Below, in pieces: positions 18,940 through 29,424 of a stretch of DNA of 64,000 nucleotides; the first letter of the stretch is position 1, and the number at the start of each line of letters is the position of its first letter. The notes beneath the pieces are model-generated. The model ran no database searches. It had not been told where the DNA came from and saw only the letters and a list, made by a program, of their open reading frames with translations. The stretch comes from a virus (taxonomy: Duplodnaviria > Caudoviricetes). The translations under genes were made by a program, and so were the position numbers. Where the stretch lies: IMG/VR virus record IMGVR_UViG_3300031993_000007; one strand, 5' to 3'.

Positions 18940-21900
18940 ATGTCTAGATTTCGTTTTAAACCAATTCTATGGGCCAAGGATGACGTAGTCAGTAGTCCCT
19001 ATGGTCCGGCTGGATCTAATTCCAACCAATCTAGAACCACTGACCCGGATCTTCCGAGGGTTAACGAAGTTTTCCAAGATGACAATGGTGATCTGTTCCT
19101 TCATAAAAGAGGAATAGACGGCGTATTGAATTATAAGCGCTTTAAGCACGATGATCATCATGATGAAGATCTAATCCGGAACAAGAAATTCTCGTTCAGA
19201 GATGAAAACTATCCGACGGTAGCTCTGCATCTTGACAATCATGCAGGCACTATTCTGGGTTATGACAGCGGCCTGATTCGTTTCCTAGATTACCGTAGCA
19301 AACCAGAAAGCACTACTGTTGTTGGTCAGACTTGGCTGTCTATTAGCCTTGCAGACTATACAGGTGGAAGCAATATTGGCGCAGCTAATAACCGCCATCC
19401 TATTGCTTTGGGTGTAGGTTCTGCTAGTGGAAGTAGTATCATTGTCATCAACGTGCTTACGTCCAACAGAGACCTTTTCTGTATCTCTATAGATCCTGAA
19501 AGCAATTCTATTGGATTTATCTCGGCGTCTCACAGTGCCGAATTTGTTGATATTTCTGAATTTGAATTGTTCTTCCTAAGGGAGAACATTTCAACTGGAA
19601 TGGCGAAAGTAGCCATCGACGATTACAGCTATGTGGACGTTCCGAATTCTCTGCATCCCAAGTACATTGCTCCTAGAGGATACTTTGATAAAGATCTTGA
19701 AAATGGAAACAGCAACTGTGCGATTGTCTGTGGCGAGAATTCTAATGAATTCAAGGTAATTCTTGTAAAAAGAATGGGCGATCGTATTTTTGACAGTTCC
19801 TTTACACCTTTGACTGAATTCTCTGCAACTATTACCAGCCTTTCGTATAGAGGTGATCTGCCTTGGGTTTACCAGATTGGTAAAGAGACGCTAATCGCCA
19901 TTTTCAGTTCTACGGTAAACAATAGGACAACCCTTTCGAATTCCACTTTTGCAGTTTTGTATCATAAAGGTATTACACGAGTAATAGATATTCGTGTGGA
20001 TCAGCTGGAAGGCGTAAGTTACAATAAAAAGGAGATTCTTGGAATTTCTCCGCTCTACAATGAAAACAATGCCAACAATGTTATTGTCGGATTCAAGTTC
20101 TCTTTCATCTATACGAGCTATCCGTATTTCGGAATAATGACCTATGAAGTGGCCATACCCGAAGATTATGACGAAGATCATATAGACGCTACTTTGATTT
20201 CTTCTGTAGTTCCTTCGGCTTATAAACAGAATAATCATTACGGTATCAATTCTAAAACCGATAGAACGGATAATCAGTATCCGTTATCGGGCATCTCTGA
20301 ATCGATTACTTATTTTACTGTCTCGGGAATGAACTCTTTCGTAAATATTCGTGAATATCCGAAGGAGATTGGCAATTCGTATTTTGCTGCTGCGACTGTT
20401 GTAAGTGCAATAGCAGGTACTTTTGCTAAGATTCAGACAAAACTTGCTGAAATTGGCGAATTGTTTGTCAACAGAACCTTGACTGTTGTAAAGGATATTA
20501 TCTCCACAAGTGGGAATATCATTGCAAATGCTGGAAGCTTTATTGCCGAACAGGGAGATCACATAGGCAAGGCTTTCAAGGGCATATCCTTCAAAGGATC
20601 CGGTGAAATAAGGAACTCTATAGAAGATGATCTTCCTGATAGCGGAATCAAAACTGACTCTATTACTCTTGACGAAACAAATGCGTACTTGGAATTCAGA
20701 GATTACAATGTTTTGCCTAATGACAAGTATTCTATTGTCTTCACTCAATTTTCTCACAGAGGCAATATAGGAGGTACCTACCTTGTCTATGGCTCTAACA
20801 GTTTGTTTATCGACAGCATAACTGGAAGCGCCTTGTCCTATTTTGGTCATACTAACTTCAAAAAAGGTAAGTATTTTAACTTCTTTGCTCTTGCTGACAC
20901 TCGTGACACAGGCGCTGGAACGACTTATTATACTCCGGTTTTATCTGGAAATAAGATCTACGGCTTTTATGAAAATAGCAATGGCTCGTTAGTATACGAC
21001 GAAATAAATCTGTCTAGCATTATTGGTGGAGGTGGCTTTAACACATTCCTTGGTCTGGAAACTGGCTACATCAATAATACGAGCAGCACTAATGAAGGTG
21101 TAGAATTGATATTCCTTGCCGAAGGAAATACCGGAAATGGAAAGGTAAGAATCAGAGCTTTTGAATTAAATGATAACAACGAACTTGAGGAAAAGTATGC
21201 TAGTACGTTCACTCTAAGAAGCGGCGTTGATTATTATGTAATGCCTGGTATGATCTCCTTCTACAATGGAAGACTTCGTTTTGCATCTAGAATGTTTGGT
21301 AGTGCTAGTGACACCAGCGAATTATTTGATTTCATAGAAATTAATTTTACTGCCTCTTGGAATCCTCAATACAATAATATCATTAGAGGAGAAACAGTAA
21401 TTAATACTAAGGTCGTAGGATACTCTGATTCTATTAATTCGTTTACTGGACTTGCTATTCGCCGTAGATTTGTTAATTGCGATGATGATAATGTCCTTTC
21501 GATCGCTGGAGTTTCTATTAACGCGGAAGTTATCTATGATCTCTCTATTAATTCGTCTAAGGGTACCGTATCGCTGTTATCGATTAGTAACACGGGCGGG
21601 ATTAGAGGCACAAGACTTCCTAACTGGGGAACAAATGCTGGTGTAAAATTAACAAGGATCTTAAATGCAAGTGGTACCAGTTATGATTATCTCATAAACG
21701 ACAAAAAGATACCTAGCGATTATGCTCCGATTCATAATCTTTGTGCTATTGGGGTTTCTGGCAGCACAATTTACGAATGGGAGTATGCAAGCGATCCTTC
21801 GGGTCATGTTGCTTTCGAGCGCAAAAAAATCAAAGGAGAGCTTGGGCTCTTGTCTGCAAATCTTTCTGGATTAAAGGCTAGCTCTGGGTATGTAGAAGAC

Positions 21901-22791
21901 TTGGAAGTTCGTGAGCTGTCTCCTGAAAGATTTATTGCTAGAGCACGTTCTTATAACTCCGCTAGTTACTCTGTTGCTTCTTTGATAACACAGGGAGACG
22001 GGGATGAGTATGCAAGATATCTGGTGTACAACTGCACTGGTCATTTTAGCCATCAGCAGGCAGGTGACTATGGCGAATTCCATATGCGTTATCAAGAAAA
22101 TGGAGAATACCATTATCTTTTCAAGCCTTTGAGAGAAGGCCAGATTATGATAATAAATAACGCTAATGAAAGTCATAGCTTGCATATAATGATTCCTAAG
22201 ACTTTCAACGGTGATCCCGGTAGTGACAGCAACTTCTATAGTTTCAACATAGACGCTGGTGCTACGGCTGTGTTGCAGGCAGTAAACAATACCTGGATAC
22301 CAGGAACGTTTATTACTCCTGATATAATGAGCAAGCTAGTCAGGCCGTTCTTGTCTAGATACGATAGCGACAGCGACTTCAGAGTAAGTTCCTTGATTAC
22401 TAGAAGCACTGAAGGATATGCTCTAAGACAAGACAAGTTAAGCAACACAAGCAGCGTATCTGTCGGTTCTGACTATGTTGAAATTGGTGAGATTACTACC
22501 TTGCCTACTAGTAGGAGAGCCTTTTTTGATCTCACTATAAATTTAGCCAGAGACATACAGAGTACTTACTCCTCCAGCTGCTTCATGGCTACTCTGAAAT
22601 TCTTGAACCAAGAGTATCAGGTTTATGTAAGTGCATCTGATTCTGCTACCATCTATTTTAGGGTTTCAGGTTATTATACTTCCAGTGGCAGTACTAACAC
22701 CAAGGTATACCTGAAGACATCTAGTACAACTGGCAACATCACTGCACGTCCTAGTCTGTCCAGAGTATACGGAACGTACTTCTTCTTCTAA
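18940..22791 (+). CDS. putative tail fibre/spike or other receptor-binding virion protein
   Basis: 1283 aa, rich in S/G/N/Y, beta-strand pattern; terminator at ~22806-22840. Confidence 0.5.
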   Translation: MSRFRFKPILWAKDDVVSSPYGPAGSNSNQSRTTDPDLPRVNEVFQDDNGDLFLHKRGIDGVLNYKRFKHDDHHDEDLIRNKKFSFRDENYPTVALHLDNHAGTILGYDSGLIRFLDYRSKPESTTVVGQTWLSISLADYTGGSNIGAANNRHPIALGVGSASGSSIIVINVLTSNRDLFCISIDPESNSIGFISASHSAEFVDISEFELFFLRENISTGMAKVAIDDYSYVDVPNSLHPKYIAPRGYFDKDLENGNSNCAIVCGENSNEFKVILVKRMGDRIFDSSFTPLTEFSATITSLSYRGDLPWVYQIGKETLIAIFSSTVNNRTTLSNSTFAVLYHKGITRVIDIRVDQLEGVSYNKKEILGISPLYNENNANNVIVGFKFSFIYTSYPYFGIMTYEVAIPEDYDEDHIDATLISSVVPSAYKQNNHYGINSKTDRTDNQYPLSGISESITYFTVSGMNSFVNIREYPKEIGNSYFAAATVVSAIAGTFAKIQTKLAEIGELFVNRTLTVVKDIISTSGNIIANAGSFIAEQGDHIGKAFKGISFKGSGEIRNSIEDDLPDSGIKTDSITLDETNAYLEFRDYNVLPNDKYSIVFTQFSHRGNIGGTYLVYGSNSLFIDSITGSALSYFGHTNFKKGKYFNFFALADTRDTGAGTTYYTPVLSGNKIYGFYENSNGSLVYDEINLSSIIGGGGFNTFLGLETGYINNTSSTNEGVELIFLAEGNTGNGKVRIRAFELNDNNELEEKYASTFTLRSGVDYYVMPGMISFYNGRLRFASRMFGSASDTSELFDFIEINFTASWNPQYNNIIRGETVINTKVVGYSDSINSFTGLAIRRRFVNCDDDNVLSIAGVSINAEVIYDLSINSSKGTVSLLSISNTGGIRGTRLPNWGTNAGVKLTRILNASGTSYDYLINDKKIPSDYAPIHNLCAIGVSGSTIYEWEYASDPSGHVAFERKKIKGELGLLSANLSGLKASSGYVEDLEVRELSPERFIARARSYNSASYSVASLITQGDGDEYARYLVYNCTGHFSHQQAGDYGEFHMRYQENGEYHYLFKPLREGQIMIINNANESHSLHIMIPKTFNGDPGSDSNFYSFNIDAGATAVLQAVNNTWIPGTFITPDIMSKLVRPFLSRYDSDSDFRVSSLITRSTEGYALRQDKLSNTSSVSVGSDYVEIGEITTLPTSRRAFFDLTINLARDIQSTYSSSCFMATLKFLNQEYQVYVSASDSATIYFRVSGYYTSSGSTNTKVYLKTSSTTGNITARPSLSRVYGTYFFF

Positions 22792-22892
22792 TAGCAAATA
22801 ATCTTTATCTCTATAGCCTTATTAAGGCTATAGAGATTTTATTACTAGCTTGTTCGTGAAACTCCATATTGCAATTAAACGAAGGAATACCA

Positions 22893-25800
22893 ATGCGAGC
22901 TAAGTTTTCAGTTCTCAAGCCGTATAAGATGTTTCGCGGTTTGAATATCATCTTTGATACCAAACGCAAACAGTACGAAAACTCGGTGTTGCTGTTTACA
23001 GACTCTCAAGAGCATACTCTTGAACTTCTCAAAAGTCGTCTCTTTGAAATTCAGCACATTCGCAGTTTCTATATGGACAAATTCATGGATAAGCCGACAT
23101 TCCGTAGGCTGATCCAGACTGGGCGTCTTGAAGTTTATAAGGAAATCAAATCCAATACAGACATCACTCTGACTCCGCTTAACACTGGAGTGCTCCGCCT
23201 CAAGAATACATTTTATCCTGCATGGCAGGAGCTGAATTATCTCTTTAACATTCCCGGCGCAAAGGACAAGATGGCCTTCATTCGCAATTTTGGAATGGTC
23301 ACCGAGTTGTTGAAGAAGCGTGGATCTTCAGATATCTACAAGCACAAGTATGCAGTACTTGATGGACGAATTTTTGGAAAGGAATTTGGGGATAGCGAAG
23401 CCCAGAACATTAAAGGCCTCTGCATTGGATCCTTGTTTTATTTAAAGGCCAAAGAAGCTATCATTCAGAAGAATCCTGCTCTGTGGCCGTTGACTGGAAG
23501 AGATACGATTCTCTATGATCCGAACACGCTGACGGCATTCCCAATTCCGTCTGATATCACTACCTTGAGTCTTGAAAAGTTTAGGTGGATGTTGCGCATC
23601 ATGCACAAGCTTTCCACTGGTAAGCAACTTACACAGGAAGACTATGACGAAGAGAATGTTGAGGAAGGCATTCAACCTACTTTGCCGTCTTCCACTAAGG
23701 GGTACATTATCTCTAACCTCAAGGAATCTGTCCTTGAGAAGAACCATCTAGCATTTACGACGATCGGCGATGCCTTCGCCGCTTATTGTCAAGCCAATTA
23801 CCCTGATGCATCTGTAGTGATCAATGATAAAAAGATCATTATTACTATGGATGAAGGGACTCCGGCTTTGGCCAAGGCCCTATACGACGGAAAGCTATGG
23901 GTCTATCGGGTCGAAGCCCCACTTCAGGGAGACTCTTTCGTAAAGTCTGGAACCGCTTGGAAAGCTACTAAGAAGGTCACTTTGGCTTCTGATTTCCAGA
24001 TTGTTGTTAAGAAGAGTGGAGACAAGATCGGCCCATATGTCCTCACAATGGACATTAGCACCGATCATCCGCTGATCGAAGCTGCTAAAGCCAATACTCT
24101 TAAGAAGGTTGAAGGCTTGAAGTCTCCGATTCCGGTTACAGCCGAACAGAGAGAGCTCATGTTTGAGATTGAGAACCGTGTTGAAGAGCTGTCTGCCGAT
24201 AAGACTATTGACGAGCTGAAGGCTATTAGCGAAGTCATTGAATCTGACTCTGAGATTAAGCGGTTGTCCAATGACCTTAACGCATCCAGACTACTGTCCG
24301 TTCAGAACCGCAAGGCCGCTGAAGTCCGTGATACGCTTGAAACCAAGCAGGAAGCCGCTGACTTGATCGTCGATGGAAAGAGTATTAAGCTTAGCGAAAA
24401 GCTAAAGAGCTTGGAGTCTATCGCTCTGCAACCTGTGGAGTACCATACCACAGCTTTGAATCCCGAAGTTAACAAGAGCATCAGCCGTTCTCTTCGTGAT
24501 TCGTACCTACGTGACCTTTATGAGTATGATCAGTACAGGATCTTTACTCAATTTTCCAATGCCAAGGATATTCCTATTTATGTAGAGAGCATCGAGCGCA
24601 AGAACACTTCGACGCCAGCTACATATAAGGATACTTTGACCATCAAGTTCAACATTGCTGGTGAACGTCCTAAGAGCATGACTATTGACGTGCCGAGGAT
24701 CGACCAAGATGGGTACTTGTACATTCAAGGCAACCGGAGACAAGTGACAAACCAGATCGCCTTAATGCCAATCGTGAAGATTATGCAAAGTGGTGAGTTG
24801 GTAGTGCAATACAACACTAGCTACAATAAAATCTTCTTGAGCCGTAGCACGGGAAATTTCAACCGAAGATCTGCTAGCATCATCAAGGCTTTTGAAAAGC
24901 TTTCGGATGAGAAGAAGCTTATCGGCCACGGCTACAATATCATTCTAGGAAGCTCTCTGGCAGCGAACTCCAAGGTAGTTACCAGTCTGGAATTCTATGA
25001 ACTAAGTAAGAAGATTGTACGTGCAAAACTGGGTGACCTTGAAATTCTATTCAGCTCCAAGATGGCTGAATCGGTAAAGGATCATCTGGATCTGGATCTT
25101 TCGATCTATGCCGAAACCTTTCCGGATGACAAGTACCACTTCGTCGGGGTGCTTGGAAAGGTTCCGCTGTTCGAAGGAATGGCTCACGGGGTGTATACTC
25201 CTGGGTCTACGCCGGATGACGATCCCATCGAAATAGCTCCTGACTTGGCTTCTCTCTTGTATGAATACGGCAAGAAAGTTTCAGCTCTAACTTCTGTACT
25301 TGATACCGAAGTCTATAGCGGAAAGTCCTTCTCGTATACCAAGCTAGAAGTGTCCAATGCGTATATTCCTCTTCTGGTGTTCCTTGGTTTCAAGGAAGGT
25401 CTTGAACCTATCCTTGATCGCTACGAAGTTGAGTATGTGTTCGTGCCTAAAGAGGGTGGATCCAAGAACTATGACATCCCTGAATCTCATACTGAAAAGG
25501 TTATTTTCAAGGATGGAACGTTCTACTTTAATCCTAGCAGTGTTAAGAAGAACTTGCTTGTCAACGGCATCTTCAAGCTCCCTACGAAGGATTTTGCGTT
25601 CCATGATTTTGCGGCAGATGGAGAAGGGTATTACCAGTTCTTCATTGACAACGTCACTCCTCGATACGGAAAGGCTCTTCAGAACTTCTATACGTTGTTC
25701 ATTGACCCGATCACGGCTGATGTTCTGAAGGATAATGATATTCCGAACGACCTTGTTGGAAGCTTCCTTTACTGCAATGACCTATTGGAAGACGCAGCGT

Positions 25801-27470
25801 ACCATCCACGTTATGAAATGGGTATCTATCGAATTCGTAACTTAGAAACAATCAATGCCCTCCTGTATAAGCTTGTAGCTCGCCAGATTGAGAAATACCG
25901 TCGTGGCTCTCGTGGCGATACTGCCGGAACCTTGGCTGTCCGAAGTGACGCTCTGTTTATGGAAATCAACGAGAGTCCAAACTTCGAAGACTCTACACTC
26001 TTGAATCCTATTAAGGACTGCACGAACATGGCAAAATGCGTGTATCGTGGGCCGGGAGCTCCGGGTTATGGGCATGCTCAAGGTACCGAAGAACTTCGCT
26101 TCTTTGACGAAAGTCAAATTGGAGTGTTTGGAATCGGAAGCTCCTTTGATGGAAACTCCGGCATGAACCGAAGGCTGACTATGAACACGCAAATCACTTC
26201 TAAGCGTGGCTATGTCCGTCCTTGTGAGAATCCTGAAAACCTTGATGCTACAAACTTGTATGGTATCGACGAACTAACCGCCACTTATACGCTTCGTCAT
26301 GCTGACCCTCCTAGAGCCATGATGTGTATGGGGCAATCTGGTCACCAGTTGCCTACTGAGCACATGACTACTAGCCTTGTGAGCTCTGGCGTGTTTAAGG
26401 CTATTCCTTATCTTGTAAGCTCTGAATTCGCATTTAAGGCTCCGGTGGACGGAGTTGTCGAAGGACAAGATCCGAAGGACAAGAACATTATCAACCTTCG
26501 CTACAGCGATGGAACCAGAGGTGTTCTTGACCTAGCCACCAAGTACCGTCGTAGCCCTGATGGATTCTTTGTTAACATTGACCTTGAACCTTGTGTAAAG
26601 AAAGGACAGAAGTTCAAGAAGGGCGAAATCCTTGCTTATGACAAGCACTTCTTTACTAATGAAGGCGAAGGCATCGAACTCATGAAGGGTACGCTAGCCA
26701 AGGTTGCTATCATCGGTCGAGACATGACTCTTGAAGACAGCTCGATCATCAACCAAGGTTTAGCTGACAAACTCAAGAGCTCTATGGTGATGGAAACTAC
26801 GTTGTCGCTGAGTCCGTCCACTAACCTTATCAGTCTTGTAAAGGTTGGACAGGAAATCAAAACCTCTGAAAACCTTGCTGTGTTTGAAGAGAATCTTGAC
26901 AGCGTTGACGTGTCTATGGCTATGGACAAGATGGGCGAAACTCTGGCTGAAAGCTTGTCTAACATTTCTAGGAATACAAAGACAAGTAAGTACAACGGAA
27001 CAATCGTGGATATCGAAGTCTTCTACAACCGTCCGATTGAAGAATACAGCCCGAGTCTCCAGAAGTTCCTAAAGGCGTATATCGCAGCCGTAAAGGCTAA
27101 AGAGGATCGCCTTAAGGATGTTCGCGGAGACCAGTTCCTCCGTAAACGTGATCTTGAACCTCAGAAGAATAGCAAAGCCAATGGCGAGCCGTTCGATGGA
27201 GTGCTCATCAAGATCTACACTAAGGTTATGGAAGAAATGGGTGTTGCCAACAAGATCACATACGAAGTGGCCCTAAAGAGCGTGGTTGGAGAGGTGATTC
27301 CGACCGAACTCAGTCCTACTTCGGATTATGAAGATGGCAACGTCATTGAAGCCTGTTTGAGTCCGTTCTCAGTCTTGAACCGCAAAGTTCCTGACTTCCT
27401 CTATCTGATGTATACCACTAAGGTTCTTGTGGATCTTAAGGTGGAACTGAAGAAACTTGCAGGAATGTAA
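22893..27470 (+). CDS. RNA polymerase beta subunit, large N-terminal part (probably virion RNAP)
   Basis: GYLYIQGNRR, SSFDGNSGMNR.L, HADPPRAMM..GQ, EDSSII, GVANKIT....KSVV, SPFSVLNR match RpoB regions; long phage-specific N-terminal extension. Confidence 0.9.
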   Translation: MRAKFSVLKPYKMFRGLNIIFDTKRKQYENSVLLFTDSQEHTLELLKSRLFEIQHIRSFYMDKFMDKPTFRRLIQTGRLEVYKEIKSNTDITLTPLNTGVLRLKNTFYPAWQELNYLFNIPGAKDKMAFIRNFGMVTELLKKRGSSDIYKHKYAVLDGRIFGKEFGDSEAQNIKGLCIGSLFYLKAKEAIIQKNPALWPLTGRDTILYDPNTLTAFPIPSDITTLSLEKFRWMLRIMHKLSTGKQLTQEDYDEENVEEGIQPTLPSSTKGYIISNLKESVLEKNHLAFTTIGDAFAAYCQANYPDASVVINDKKIIITMDEGTPALAKALYDGKLWVYRVEAPLQGDSFVKSGTAWKATKKVTLASDFQIVVKKSGDKIGPYVLTMDISTDHPLIEAAKANTLKKVEGLKSPIPVTAEQRELMFEIENRVEELSADKTIDELKAISEVIESDSEIKRLSNDLNASRLLSVQNRKAAEVRDTLETKQEAADLIVDGKSIKLSEKLKSLESIALQPVEYHTTALNPEVNKSISRSLRDSYLRDLYEYDQYRIFTQFSNAKDIPIYVESIERKNTSTPATYKDTLTIKFNIAGERPKSMTIDVPRIDQDGYLYIQGNRRQVTNQIALMPIVKIMQSGELVVQYNTSYNKIFLSRSTGNFNRRSASIIKAFEKLSDEKKLIGHGYNIILGSSLAANSKVVTSLEFYELSKKIVRAKLGDLEILFSSKMAESVKDHLDLDLSIYAETFPDDKYHFVGVLGKVPLFEGMAHGVYTPGSTPDDDPIEIAPDLASLLYEYGKKVSALTSVLDTEVYSGKSFSYTKLEVSNAYIPLLVFLGFKEGLEPILDRYEVEYVFVPKEGGSKNYDIPESHTEKVIFKDGTFYFNPSSVKKNLLVNGIFKLPTKDFAFHDFAADGEGYYQFFIDNVTPRYGKALQNFYTLFIDPITADVLKDNDIPNDLVGSFLYCNDLLEDAAYHPRYEMGIYRIRNLETINALLYKLVARQIEKYRRGSRGDTAGTLAVRSDALFMEINESPNFEDSTLLNPIKDCTNMAKCVYRGPGAPGYGHAQGTEELRFFDESQIGVFGIGSSFDGNSGMNRRLTMNTQITSKRGYVRPCENPENLDATNLYGIDELTATYTLRHADPPRAMMCMGQSGHQLPTEHMTTSLVSSGVFKAIPYLVSSEFAFKAPVDGVVEGQDPKDKNIINLRYSDGTRGVLDLATKYRRSPDGFFVNIDLEPCVKKGQKFKKGEILAYDKHFFTNEGEGIELMKGTLAKVAIIGRDMTLEDSSIINQGLADKLKSSMVMETTLSLSPSTNLISLVKVGQEIKTSENLAVFEENLDSVDVSMAMDKMGETLAESLSNISRNTKTSKYNGTIVDIEVFYNRPIEEYSPSLQKFLKAYIAAVKAKEDRLKDVRGDQFLRKRDLEPQKNSKANGEPFDGVLIKIYTKVMEEMGVANKITYEVALKSVVGEVIPTELSPTSDYEDGNVIEACLSPFSVLNRKVPDFLYLMYTTKVLVDLKVELKKLAGM

Positions 27471-27546
27471 TTTAATCCCCTACCTTCGGGTAGGGGCGTT
27501 TCTTTGCTATATTATTCTTTGTAACCAACCAAATGAGGTAGAAAAA

Positions 27547-27786
27547 ATGGCTGATGATAATAGATACGTTTACGTTTCTAATGAAGATGAACGTGTGAAT
27601 ATTGCCAAAGTCTACGCATCAGGAGACCCGGATACGGTTCTTGAGAGCGCAGAGGCTATGATGGGAGATATTTCACTTTCAAGCGATAGAAGGATGATAG
27701 CCGAATTAGCTTATATCCAGATTGGAATGATCTGTCCGCTTGCAAATGAATTTATAGAGGCTGCTGGCCTTGGAGGTAATCAATGA
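27547..27786 (+). CDS. hypothetical protein
   Basis: GAGG SD before MADDNR; TATATTA at 27508. Confidence 0.55.
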   Translation: MADDNRYVYVSNEDERVNIAKVYASGDPDTVLESAEAMMGDISLSSDRRMIAELAYIQIGMICPLANEFIEAAGLGGNQ

Positions 27787-29342
27787 GCGACGAATATGTC
27801 ATAGAAAGTGCTGATGGCGAACGTGGTACACGGATGCTGGTTGTTGAAGATGCAACCCTTCCGATTCCTGAAGAATCTCCAGCAGAGGTTGTTAATCCTC
27901 TTGAGGCGGCTCTCGAAGAGGCAACAACTGAAGAGACCACTGAAGTTGCCCAAGAGAATACAGCTGAAGATCAAGCGGAAGCTGCTCCAACTGAACCTGA
28001 AAACGCAGATCAACCAACAGGGCTTACTGAAGCCGATGGTCTTGCAATTGTAAGCGAAGCTGTTAACAGAGTTGCAGAAGAAGAGAACAAGCGAGATATT
28101 TTTGTTTCGGACTTCTCGAAGAATATGCACAAGGAATTGCTGCGAGCTATTAATGAATCTGATATCCACGGGATAAATGAAGGTTACTACAGCAAACCTG
28201 TCTTCAAGACAAAATTTGGAATGGTCTCTACGGATCAATTCACTAATACTAAATTCTATTCATTTGGTAGTAAGTGGGTCAGTACATTTCTGGCTTATGC
28301 CTACAGCCAGACGAATAACAAGAGTTTCCTTGAAGTATTGTTTGATGCAGAAGAATATGCCGAGATGGAGAATATAGCAGTAAATACTTCCTTGAGGGAG
28401 TCCAGCTTCTATAAAGAAAGCGATCCGTTCTCTATCAGGAAGCCTTTAACGGAAGATGATCATCGAAAAGCAATTCATGCGTTCTATTTGGCTCCAGATT
28501 CTGAATCCGGATTTGAAGAGTTCTTGGATAGGCACTCTGACATCTTTAATATCATGCAGGGACTCTCTAGACGAGAGATGGACGGCCAGATAAATGAAAT
28601 CTACTTCGACGAGATTCTTCCGAAAGTAGGATTTACTTCAGAGGAGTTCACCCCGTCTAATGAGATAATTGAAGCTTCAAAGATCGCAAAGAAGTTTGTA
28701 TATCGCAAAGTCAAGAGTACTGCTACCGGATCAGAGTTCTATACCATCACTGGAGAACGAACCAAGATTGCAACGATCGCTTCGATCTTTAAGAATGTGC
28801 TGGCAGACAACTCCATCAAGTTCCAGTATTCCTATAGATACTTGGCGACCGAATTCATTAGCAATGGATGGTGGCATCCAAGTATCGTAGAAGTCATCAA
28901 GAAAGATAAGGAGAAGATTCCCAATCCAGAAAAGATCTTCACTCCGAATCTCTTTAAGGTCTCTGACGAAAAACGTAAAGAAGCTATGGAACAAATCAAG
29001 CGAATAAAGACAGAGCTAATTCCAGAAGATTCTGTGTTGGCCCTAACTTCTCCGTTCGTCTTTGAGCGCCCAGAAGAACCTCCGTTCAAGAGTGCTAGGC
29101 ACGAAGAGTCCGAAATGACTTTCCTGCCGGAATTTCTGACGGAGGATTGTCTTGTTCCGAACATGAGTACCAGATCCTTGAATTCGGATGGTAGGCATGG
29201 CCTTCCAGAGAAGGAAATCGTGGATGCAATCTCATGCGGTCTGTTGTCAGACGACTTGCTGAATTCATCTAGGAAACTTCTGGAATTCCCTGACCTTCCT
29301 GCGAATGCTACAATCATTCTCAGGGATTTGGAATTAAAATAA
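27783..29342 (+). CDS. hypothetical protein with acidic low-complexity N-terminus
   Basis: GGAGG SD, 519 aa; terminator at ~29347-29372. Confidence 0.65.
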   Translation: MSDEYVIESADGERGTRMLVVEDATLPIPEESPAEVVNPLEAALEEATTEETTEVAQENTAEDQAEAAPTEPENADQPTGLTEADGLAIVSEAVNRVAEEENKRDIFVSDFSKNMHKELLRAINESDIHGINEGYYSKPVFKTKFGMVSTDQFTNTKFYSFGSKWVSTFLAYAYSQTNNKSFLEVLFDAEEYAEMENIAVNTSLRESSFYKESDPFSIRKPLTEDDHRKAIHAFYLAPDSESGFEEFLDRHSDIFNIMQGLSRREMDGQINEIYFDEILPKVGFTSEEFTPSNEIIEASKIAKKFVYRKVKSTATGSEFYTITGERTKIATIASIFKNVLADNSIKFQYSYRYLATEFISNGWWHPSIVEVIKKDKEKIPNPEKIFTPNLFKVSDEKRKEAMEQIKRIKTELIPEDSVLALTSPFVFERPEEPPFKSARHEESEMTFLPEFLTEDCLVPNMSTRSLNSDGRHGLPEKEIVDAISCGLLSDDLLNSSRKLLEFPDLPANATIILRDLELK

Positions 29343-29424
29343 TCACAGGCCCTTCGGGGCCTTTTATTTTTTGGCAAAATTGGATGGACAACTCTGTATT
29401 GTGACATTTTAATTGGTACATACT

